In this document: positions 19,543 to 27,718 of the stretch, piece after piece
Numbering within the stretch: the stretch's first letter is position 1
How the letters are laid out: each line of letters opens with the position of its first letter
Assembly (NCBI GenBank): GCA_949077355.1
Contig: CARUQW010000002.1
Location: 1 to 45,206 of the forward strand
Direction: 5' to 3'
DNA: 45,206 nt
Origin: an uncultured Clostridia bacterium
GTDB taxonomy: Bacteria; Bacillota; Clostridia; TANB77; CAG-508
The notes under the pieces: model-generated
Told to the model about the DNA's origin: nothing
Databases searched by the model: none
Seen by the model: the letters and a program-made list of their open reading frames with translations, nothing else
Translations under genes and position numbers: made by a program

Positions 19543-21127
19543 TTATTTGTACCATTCTTCTATTCCATAAAATTGATAAAACCAATTAGGCGTGATTTCT
19601 CCTACTAAACCAGAATTATAAGCTACTGTATATTTGTTATTATATAAACTAATATATGGAATGTCAGTTTTATAAATTTCAGCTAATCTTGTGTATTTTT
19701 CTTTTAAAACATTTTCATCTGTTGTATTTTTTATTTCATTCATAATATTGCTTACTTCTTCATTTTTATAACCTGCAATGTTTCCGTCTCCCAAATAGGT
19801 AGTAAGATTTGGTGACGGAGAAAGTGTCATACTACATAAAGCAATGTCATAGTTTTTGGTATTAATACTATTGTTATATTGTTCATCAGATGCTTGTACA
19901 ATATTAATTCCAATTCCTTGATTTCCCAATTGCTGTCTTATATTTTCAGCGACCGCTATTCTGGAAGCATCGCTTGCTCTAACTAAAAGATTTAATCCTA
20001 TTTTTTGGGTTTTATAGTTTTCTGTTTTTTGCCAACTTCCTGAACGATAAGCCCATCCATTCTCGACTAAAATTTGTTTTCCTTGCTCCATATTATAGCC
20101 ACTACTTGCATCTTGTCCCTGTGATAGCCAATTTCCATAATCTAATGGAAAGCTACTTGTAAAACATTTGTTATTAAAAATACTTGAAACAATATTCTCC
20201 TTATCGATTGAATAAGATATTGCTTTTCTTATTTCTTGTCTAGCTAAAAAAGTATTTTGCATATTAAATGCTAAAAAGGTATGTTCCCTTCCTTTTAACT
20301 CTTTTGAACTATATCCTATCGTTCCAATATATTCTTGTAAGTTTTCATTCGTTGTTGCAATTAAATCAATATTTCCTATTTTAAAGCTGTTATATAATTC
20401 ACCAATTGAAGAATATAAATTTACTGTAATTTTTTCAATTGTTCGTTGTTTTTCTCGATTCCACCATCCTTCATTTTTTTCTAAAATAATATAAGATGAT
20501 TCAACTTCTGCAATTTTATATTTTCCAGTTCCGACTGGTGAATTATTTTTAGAAGTATTTACAAAATCTTCATTTTCATAATAATCTTTCGATAAAATTG
20601 GGAATGTTAATTGATATTCATAGAAAGGTATTTCGCCATCTAAGTTGATTTTCACAGTATAATCATCTACAATATCAACTCCTATTACATGTTGTACATT
20701 ATAAGAATAGATAGAAGATATTTCTTTTAAACGGTCAATTGTAAATCTAACATCTTCTGCTGTAAACCTTTGACCTTCTGTCCATTTTGCATTTTCCCTT
20801 AATTTTATCAAATAAGAATTATCGCTCTGCTTTGCCCATTCGGTTGCTAAGCAAGGCTCTGCTTTATAATCTGCGGTTAAAGTAACAAGTGGTTCATAAA
20901 TCAATTTTGTAATATCTTGTACATTTTTATTCTTACTAAGAATCGGATTAATGGTATCTAGTCCGTGCTATTCCTAAAGTTAATTCCGTATTTTTTTCTT
21001 GTTGGCTATTGGCATGTTCTAATTCTTGTTTCTTTTCTTCTTCATCTTGCCTAAATTTAAAAATAGAAAATATTACAATACCAATCACAAAAACAATAAA
21101 AATATATTTAATCCAATTTGATTTCAT
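19543..21127 (-). CDS. ABC transporter substrate-binding protein (peptide/nickel family 5); reading frame needs one +1 shift at CGG
   Basis: The N-terminal piece from ATG 21127 (RBS GAGGTGG, signal-anchor MKSNWIKYIFIVFVIGIV) ends shortly after CGG 20965. Skipping the C joins it to ORF 19543-20904 (LGIA-G-LDTINPILSKNKNVQDITKLIYEPL). Length is 1584 nt after removing 1 nt. Confidence 0.8.
20963..20965 (-). other. In-frame CGG at a +1 frame break (putative recoding site)
   Basis: Sense context GCA CGG ACT AGA. Skipping the C gives GGA CTA GAT ACC (G L D T). Confidence 0.6.
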
Positions 21128-21203
21128 ATTCCACCTCTATTCTTTTGCTATCATACCTTAAATCAGACAATTTTTCAAGACATTTCTTACAATTTTTACT
21201 AAA

Positions 21204-21389
21204 TGTGCAATTGGGGACGTTTCCTTTTTCACATGAGGGGTGCCCAAAAGGGATGAACCTTTTTGGTAATTTTTATTTGAATTTTTTCATAAAAAGTTAA
21301 TCTATTTTTTCTTTGTAACTCCCAGCTACGAAAAGGTTCGGTCACTCTGGCAACCTCCATGTGAAAAAGGAAACGTCCCCAATTGCACA
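21204..21389. repeat. Palindromic intergenic repeat, copy A (GGGGACG / CCTTTTTGG family)
   Basis: Perfect 32-bp terminal inverted repeats TGTGCAATTGGGGACGTTTCCTTTTTCACATG (21204-21235 / 21358-21389). An internal module of about 78 nt is roughly 85% identical to copy B. Confidence 0.8.
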
Positions 21390-21439
21390 AAAAAGAGCAA
21401 AAGGAAATCCCCCATTGCTCCATTTATCTATTTTTTGTT

Positions 21440-21703
21440 TTAAACTCTTGACTCTACGATTAATTTGATACCAGTCCTGTCTTCTCCTTCTACTTCCACT
21501 TCTGCAAATGCTGGTATACAAACCAAATCCACGCCTGATGGTGCAACAAATCCTCTTGCGATTGCCACTGCTTTTACTGCCTGATTTAATGCTCCTGCTC
21601 CAATTGCTTGCATTTCTGCTTTACTTGATTCTTTTACTAATCCAGCAATTGCTCCCGCTACTGAATTAGGATTTGATTTAGATGAAATTTTTAAAACTTC
21701 CAT
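21440..21703 (-). CDS. spoVS: Stage V sporulation protein S
   Basis: 87 aa, MEVLKISSKSNPNSVAGAIAG..., near identical to remembered SpoVS. Confidence 0.95.
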   Translation of the reverse strand: MEVLKISSKSNPNSVAGAIAGLVKESSKAEMQAIGAGALNQAVKAVAIARGFVAPSGVDLVCIPAFAEVEVEGEDRTGIKLIVESRV

Positions 21704-21857
21704 TTTTCTTTTGCCTCCTATAATTTTTATTTTTTTGTTGCAACTTTTACGATGTTTATTTTACATTATATGGAAATTTTTGTAAAGTACTTTCTGGAAT
21801 TTTTTAGGAGATTTCATCGCAATTTTCTTATCTTTTCGACTTTTTTTGACAAGCAAT

Positions 21858-22628
21858 CTATTCATTTAATCTTTTTATGTTTTTTACCTGATTATTAGTT
21901 TCATCTATTTCAAATATAACACCATTCAATATACATTCTCCTGTCGCAATTCGATACCTTTCTGGTAATGTAGTTTCAAATCTTTTTAAGGATGCTTGTA
22001 TATCCATTCCTATTACTGAATATTTTGGTCCTGTCATTCCAATATCTGTTATATAACCTGTTCCATTTGGTAAAATCTTTTCATCTGCTGTTTGTACATG
22101 AGTATGCGTCCCATATACAGCTGTTACTTTTCCATCTAAAAAATATCCCATTGCTATTTTTTCTGCTGTTGCTTCTGCATGAAAATCAACAAAAATCATA
22201 TCCACTTTATTTTGTATTTCATCAACAATTTCTTTTACTCTAATAAAAGGGTTTTCTGAAAGTACATTGATATCTACTCTACCAATTAAATTGATAACTG
22301 CTATTTTTTTATTTTGACAAGTATAAATGTTATATCCTTTTCCGACTACTCCTTTTGGATAATTAGCTGGTCTAATTAATTTTGGATGGTCTATAAATTT
22401 AAAAATATCTTTTTTACCCCAAGTATGATTTCCCATTGTAATAACATCTATATTTAATACTAAAATATCATCGAAATTCTTTTGGGTTAATCCCATTCCT
22501 TCTGCTGCATTTTCTCCATTTACGATAACAAAATCTATTTTTTCTTTTTGCCTTATCGTTTCTAATCTTTTTCTTAATTCTTTAATTCCAGCGTTTCCAA
22601 TTAAGTCTCCTACCGCTAAAATTTTCAT
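21858..22628 (-). CDS. ymdB: YmdB-type metallophosphoesterase (2',3'-cyclic-nucleotide phosphodiesterase)
   Basis: Start MKILAVGDLIG with an RBS. GNHTWGKK motif. Lies downstream of rny. Confidence 0.85.
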   Translation of the reverse strand: MKILAVGDLIGNAGIKELRKRLETIRQKEKIDFVIVNGENAAEGMGLTQKNFDDILVLNIDVITMGNHTWGKKDIFKFIDHPKLIRPANYPKGVVGKGYNIYTCQNKKIAVINLIGRVDINVLSENPFIRVKEIVDEIQNKVDMIFVDFHAEATAEKIAMGYFLDGKVTAVYGTHTHVQTADEKILPNGTGYITDIGMTGPKYSVIGMDIQASLKRFETTLPERYRIATGECILNGVIFEIDETNNQVKNIKRLNE

Positions 22629-22738
22629 GTTATTCCCTCTTTCTTTTTTATTTTTCTTTATCATACTATAATTTCTATCAGAAAGCAAGATTCCTATGCA
22701 GTAAAAAAATAGAGGCTTTTATTAAGCCCCTATTATTC

Positions 22739-24280
22739 TTATTTTGCATAATCTACAACTCTTGTTTCTCTAATAATATTTACTTTGATTTGACCTGGAT
22801 AATCCATTTCATTTTCAATTCTCTTAGAAACTTCTCTTGCTAAGATTGTCATTTTATCATCTGATATTTTTTCTGGTTTTACAATAATTCTAACTTCTCT
22901 ACCAGCTTGGATAGCAAATGACTTTTCAACTCCTTCAAAAGAATCTGCAATTTCTTCAAGGTTTTGTAATCTCTTGATATATGCTTCTACTGTTTCCCTT
23001 CTAGCCCCTGGTCTTGATGCTGATATTGCATCTGCTGCTTGAATTAAAACTGCTTCCAATGTTTGTGGCTCTACATCTCCATGATGTGCTTCTACTGCAT
23101 TAATAACAAGTTGATTTTCTTTAAATTTCTTAAGAACTTCCACTCCTATCTCAACATGTGTTCCTTCCATGTCATGGTCTAATGCTTTTCCAATATCATG
23201 TAAAAGTCCTGCTCTTCTTGCTAACTTTGGATCTAATCCTAATTCTTCTGCCATGATTCTTGCTAAATTAGAAACTTCAATTGAATGGTTTAGTACATTT
23301 TGACCATAGCTTGTCCTATATTTTAGTTTTCCAATTAATTTTACAATGTCTGGATGAAGTCCAATTACTCCTGTTTCTAAAACTGCTCTTTCTCCTTCTT
23401 CTTTTATCGTTGTTTCAACTTCTTCCTTTGCCTTTTCTACCATTTCTTCAATTTTAGCAGGATGGATTCTTCCATCATCAATTAATTTTTCTAAAGCAAT
23501 TTTAGCAACTTCTCTTCTTAATGGGTCAAATCCTGATAAAACAACTGCTTCTGGTGTATCATCAATGATTAAATCGATACCTGTTAGAGTTTCTAATGCT
23601 TTTATATTTCTACCTTCTCTACCAATAATTCTTCCTTTCATATCATCATTTGGAAGTGCTACAATAGATACGGTAGTTTCTTGTGAATGGTCTGCTGCAC
23701 ATTTTTGTACGGCATAACTTAAAATTTCTTTTGCATTTTTAATGGCTGTTTCCTTCGCTTTTTGTTCTTTCTCACGGATTAAAGCTGCTTTTTCAGCGGT
23801 TAGCTCTCGATCCATTTCAGATAATAATTGAGCTTTTGCTTCTTCCTTCGTTAAAGAAGCTATTTTTTGAAGTTCTACCATTTCCTCATCATGCAATCTT
23901 TCAATTTCTTCTTTTTGCTTTTCAATGTCTTGCATTTCTCTTTCTAATTCACGTTCTTTTCTCTCGAAATTTCCTTCACGTTTTTCTAAATTTTCTTCTT
24001 TTTGAATTAATCTAGATTCTTGTTTTTGTACTTCGCCTCTTCTTTCTTTAATCTCTTGATCTAACTCTTTTCTGCTATTCATAATTTCTTCTTTGGCTTT
24101 GAAAATTTCTTCCTTTTTTAAATTTTCTGCTTCTATTTTCGCTAAATCAACTAGTCTTTTCGCTTCATTCTCTGCTCCTTGAATTTTAGACTCTGCAACT
24201 TTTTTACGATATGCAATTCCTGCTAGCGTACCAATTGCTAATGAGATTAAGATAGCGGCGATTATGATTACTAAATTCAT
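22739..24280 (-). CDS. rny: Ribonuclease Y
   Basis: N-terminal TM segment, coiled coil, KH domain (GREGRNI) and HD domain (LLHDIGK). No CGG in any phase. Confidence 0.95.
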   Translation of the reverse strand: MNLVIIIAAILISLAIGTLAGIAYRKKVAESKIQGAENEAKRLVDLAKIEAENLKKEEIFKAKEEIMNSRKELDQEIKERRGEVQKQESRLIQKEENLEKREGNFERKERELEREMQDIEKQKEEIERLHDEEMVELQKIASLTKEEAKAQLLSEMDRELTAEKAALIREKEQKAKETAIKNAKEILSYAVQKCAADHSQETTVSIVALPNDDMKGRIIGREGRNIKALETLTGIDLIIDDTPEAVVLSGFDPLRREVAKIALEKLIDDGRIHPAKIEEMVEKAKEEVETTIKEEGERAVLETGVIGLHPDIVKLIGKLKYRTSYGQNVLNHSIEVSNLARIMAEELGLDPKLARRAGLLHDIGKALDHDMEGTHVEIGVEVLKKFKENQLVINAVEAHHGDVEPQTLEAVLIQAADAISASRPGARRETVEAYIKRLQNLEEIADSFEGVEKSFAIQAGREVRIIVKPEKISDDKMTILAREVSKRIENEMDYPGQIKVNIIRETRVVDYAK

Positions 24281-24413
24281 AATCAATACACCTCTTTCTT
24301 ATTTAATTTTCAATGTTCGAATAAAATATATATTAATTTATTTTCATATATTTTTTCCTACTATTCTATTGTATCTTTATTATTGTCAACTGTCAAGTGA
24401 TTTTCACAAAAAA

Positions 24414-24628
24414 TGCCAGAAGGGACGGACCTTTTTGGCAAATTTATTTAAGTTTTTAATAAAAAGTTTATTTATTTTTTATTTGTAACTCCCAGCTGCA
24501 AACAGTCTGTAATTGCATAACAGACTGTAATTTTGCTGGTCCCCCCGAATTGTTACTGCATAAAAAATAAATAAACTTTTTGTTTTTAAATGCTAGAATT
24601 TTGCCAAAAAGGTCCGTCCCTTCTGGCA
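24414..24628. repeat. Palindromic intergenic repeat, copy B (GGGGACG / CCTTTTTGG family)
   Basis: Perfect 29-bp terminal inverted repeats TGCCAGAAGGGACGGACCTTTTTGGCAAA (24414-24442 / 24600-24628). Further internal pairing makes the whole element a long hairpin. Confidence 0.8.
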
Positions 24629-24633
24629 AAATT

Positions 24634-25570
24634 TTAAAAATCTCCTTTAATCTCTTTTCCGTCTGATGTCATTCCAATAGTTCCTTTTTCATCCGTTCGA
24701 TAGATAGTAACATTTTGCTTTTTTAATCTCTCCAAGATTTTATCTTTTGGTAATCCATAACTATTATTTTTCCCAACCATAATGACTGCATATTGTGGTG
24801 ATACCTGTTTTAAAAAATTCTCACTTGTACTTGTATTGGAACCATGGTGTCCTACTTTTAATACATCTGTTTTGGGCCAGTCTCTCAATTTCTCGTTTTT
24901 GCTTTCTGCATCTCCCATAAATAGGAAACTAGTATTGCCAAATTCTAATCGAACAATAATAGAAGATAAATTCAAATTCTCTTTGTCTAATATAGAATCT
25001 GTCATTACTTCACAATTTACTTCTCCTACTTTAAAAGTTTGTCCTTTTGTTGGTGCAGTTACTTTCAAGTTTTTGTTATGGATGGCATCTAATACATCTT
25101 CAAAAGTCTTGGTTGTTGTTTCAATTTTGGGCATATAAATATTTTCAATTTCCAAGTTATTAATCACATCATCTAGCCCCCCTATATGGTCTTCATGTGG
25201 ATGAGTTCCGTATCACATGATTTAATTTTTGAATTCCTTTCTCTTTTATAAAACTTACAACATCCTCTCCATCTTCGTTATTTCCAGCATCTATTAGCAT
25301 GGTTTCATCTTGATGAATAACTAAAATACTATCAGCTTGACCTACATCTATAAAGTATACTTTTAGATTGTCTTCTGTAATAAATTCTTCATTTGATATT
25401 TTCTCCACTTCTTGATGTTTGTCTTCAAATGTAATATTTAATCCTGCAATCTTGCTAACTTGATTTAATATATTTATATTAGCTCCACACAAAATTAAAA
25501 TTAGTAATAATATAGTTGCTATTACTCCTACTATTATTTGTATTTTTCTATTTTTCCCTTTGTTCTTCAT
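24634..25570 (-). CDS. ComEC-related metallo-beta-lactamase fold hydrolase (membrane-anchored); reading frame needs one +1 shift at CGG
   Basis: ORFs 25193-25570 and 24634-25167 (frame 1 -> 0). Joining at CGG 25210 restores NHVI-G-THPHEDHIGGL (HxHxDH motif). Length is 936 nt after removing 1 nt. Confidence 0.8.
25208..25210 (-). other. In-frame CGG at a +1 frame break (putative recoding site)
   Basis: Sense context ATA CGG AAC TCA. Skipping the C gives GGA ACT CAT CCA CAT GAA GAC CAT (G T H P H E D H). Confidence 0.6.
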
Positions 25571-25586
25571 TTGCCTTTCCCTTCTA

Positions 25587-25931
25587 TTAATTCCATAAAT
25601 CCTTCATTCTATTTTTAATGCGTTCAACTTCTTCTTTTGTTCTTTCTGCCTCTAAGCTATATTTTCCATTAATCTTTTTTAAAATGTCTCCTTCTTTGCT
25701 GTTTTCTGGTAATTTGTTTCGTTCTATCTCTATGGTTTTACCTGTTTTTCTGTTTTCTAAGACTGCTATATCTCCTTCAAATCGGTCAATGCTAAATTCT
25801 TCAACAGCATTTAATTTTTGAGCTAAATCAATTTCTTCTTGACTAATATTGGCATTTTCTAGTTTTATTTTGTTTTCTTCGATTGTTTTTTTTGCCATTC
25901 CTTGTATCCTTTCTAAAAAATTGAATTCCAT
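25587..25931 (-). CDS. DUF3006-like protein
   Basis: 114-aa ORF with an RBS. The motif RFEGDIAVLE ... LPENSKEGDIL is typical of DUF3006, which commonly pairs with the MBL gene. Confidence 0.55.
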   Translation of the reverse strand: MEFNFLERIQGMAKKTIEENKIKLENANISQEEIDLAQKLNAVEEFSIDRFEGDIAVLENRKTGKTIEIERNKLPENSKEGDILKKINGKYSLEAERTKEEVERIKNRMKDLWN

Positions 25932-25944
25932 AATTCACTTCCTT

Positions 25945-26724
25945 TCAAATTTGTTGATTAATATACTGATTTACAATTCTTCTAATCTCTTCCATTTTCT
26001 CTTTCGTTTCTGATAGTTTGTAATCAAATCGATTAATCATTTGATTTGCGTAGTCCTTTTCTCTTACGATTTGATAAGATGCAGAAAAATTCAAATCAAA
26101 TATAAATGCTAAAATACAAATCAGGTAATCTAATGGTGTTTTCCTATCTTTTAATTTTACACATTTTAATTCCTTTATTGCCTGATAAACTGATTCTGAT
26201 ATTTTCGAATTTTCAATTTCTTCTTTTGCACTAATAATTTTAGGAAATATTGCTTCCATTCTTTCTTCTTGTTTTACTCTAAAATTATCTAATTTATCAC
26301 TATCTCGAATTATTTTACAATGCAATAATGTTCTTGCTTCTAAATCTTTTGGGATTTCAAATTTACTATGATTTTGTATCGCTTGTTTTATGATTTCATC
26401 ATATTGGTTATCTTCTACAAAATTTCTAATTAAGTTATCCTCAAATAACATCTTTACACCATGTTCTGCATGGTCAAATTTTATATTATCAAATTGATTT
26501 AACATTTTTAATTCTTCAAATCTGCCAATATCATGAAGTAGTCCAATTAATTCAGCTAGTTCAATGTCTTCTTGTTTTAATTTTAATTCTTCCGCTAATT
26601 TTTTTGAATTCTGAGCAACCTGATATGTATGAACTACTTTTAATTCAAATCCTAATTCCTTTTGGTTTTTATAGTTTTCTAAGAAGATTTTTAATTCTTT
26701 TTTTGCTTTTTCAATATCTATCAT
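25945..26724 (-). CDS. HD-domain phosphohydrolase
   Basis: H...LLHDIGRFEE HD signature. Confidence 0.7.
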   Translation of the reverse strand: MIDIEKAKKELKIFLENYKNQKELGFELKVVHTYQVAQNSKKLAEELKLKQEDIELAELIGLLHDIGRFEELKMLNQFDNIKFDHAEHGVKMLFEDNLIRNFVEDNQYDEIIKQAIQNHSKFEIPKDLEARTLLHCKIIRDSDKLDNFRVKQEERMEAIFPKIISAKEEIENSKISESVYQAIKELKCVKLKDRKTPLDYLICILAFIFDLNFSASYQIVREKDYANQMINRFDYKLSETKEKMEEIRRIVNQYINQQI

Positions 26725-26795
26725 ATTTTCTACCTTTCCTCGTTTCTAAACTTGTTATCATTATAAAACATTCTTGGAAAAAAATCTATTTGAAA

Positions 26796-26824
26796 TTGAC
26801 AATTTTAAAATAAATGTGTATAAT
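26796..26824 (+). promoter_or_regulatory. Consensus sigma-A promoter of a small RNA
   Basis: TTGACA (26796-26801), 17-nt spacer, TATAAT (26819-26824). Confidence 0.7.
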
Positions 26825-26830
26825 AAAAAT

Positions 26831-26918
26831 AGGAAATGGAGAAACCACAAACGTGGTTTGCCTCAAGATAAATGTTTAACACATCTAACTCGGCAAAGTT
26901 TTACAGATGTGTTTTTTT
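26831..26918 (+). ncRNA. Candidate antitoxin sRNA (type I TA), about 88 nt
   Basis: Starts about 7 nt after the consensus -10. 5' hairpin AAACCAC-AAAC-GTGGTTT. Terminator AACACATCT ... AGATGTGTT plus T7. Convergent with the 39-aa ORF and ends 6 nt from its stop codon. Confidence 0.5.
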
Positions 26919-26923
26919 ATTGG

Positions 26924-27043
26924 TTATTTTTGTTTGCTAATAATTACAACTAATGCTATAATCAAGGCAAACGTAATGATAGTTACTCCTAAAAGTGCAT
27001 AAAACAATATGTAAATAATGTTTATTAAATATGCTTCTATCAT
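26924..27043 (-). CDS. Candidate type I toxin, 39-aa hydrophobic peptide
   Basis: MIEAYLINIIYILFYALLGVTIITFALIIALVVIISKQK. SD AAGGAGGTG lies 6 nt upstream of the ATG at 27043. An anti-SD GCCUCC lies 5 nt upstream of the SD. Confidence 0.5.
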   Translation of the reverse strand: MIEAYLINIIYILFYALLGVTIITFALIIALVVIISKQK

Positions 27044-27207
27044 ACGCCTCACCTCCTTGTTGGAGGCAAACCACATCTGCTTATTCTCATTCCCTATGTT
27101 ATCTACTATATAACATTTCGAATTTAAAATCAATATATAACAGTAAAATTTTACATTTTCTCATAATAAAAACTAGACTAGTACAAACTAATCTAGTTTT
27201 CTCATTT

Positions 27208-27693
27208 TTATATGGTAATAAATTCAACTTCATGTCCACAATCATCTAAAAATTTTTTCAAATCAGCATAAGTAATTAATACACAAGCTTCATTGGTATT
27301 TGGATGAAAAGCTAACTTATCTTTCTTTTTTAAATCTTTATCTAGTAAAACTTCTACTGTTTTTTCTGGATTATTAATTAATCCCATTGGACTAACATGT
27401 CCTGCTTCTAATCCTAAATGTTTTTGTAATCTTTCTGCAGAACCAAAGCTTAATCTTGTGCTATAAGCTTGTTGTTGAATTTTATCCATACTTGCCTGTT
27501 TGTCTCCACAAAGAATTACTAAAAAATGTCTTTTTCCTTTTTGGTCTCTCAAAAATAAGTTCTTACAAATTTCTGCCCCTTTGAATGTATCTGGATCTAA
27601 ATTATTCATATCTTCTATGGTATAAACAGGTGCATGTTTTACTAGTTCATATCGAATCCCTAATTCATCTAATTTTTTTAATACTTCTTCCAT
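27208..27693 (-). CDS. YbaK/ProX-type aminoacyl-tRNA deacylase
   Basis: 161-aa ORF with a fold-typical sequence (KNLFLRDQKGKRHFLV, HPNTNEA). Confidence 0.65.
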   Translation of the reverse strand: MEEVLKKLDELGIRYELVKHAPVYTIEDMNNLDPDTFKGAEICKNLFLRDQKGKRHFLVILCGDKQASMDKIQQQAYSTRLSFGSAERLQKHLGLEAGHVSPMGLINNPEKTVEVLLDKDLKKKDKLAFHPNTNEACVLITYADLKKFLDDCGHEVEFITI

Positions 27694-27718
27694 TTTGTTT
27701 TGATTCCTTCCTAAAAAT

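Noticed and set aside
21118-21423. Two overlapping ORFs (21118-21300 plus strand, 21229-21423 minus strand) in the spoVS / binding-protein intergenic region.
   Set aside because: Both are read through palindromic repeat copy A. Their mirror-image translations are a by-product of the inverted repeat, and there is no RBS.
26924-27133. 69-aa ORF as listed in the track.
   Set aside because: The upstream 30 codons have no RBS. A strong SD precedes the internal ATG at 27043, giving the 39-aa hydrophobic peptide.
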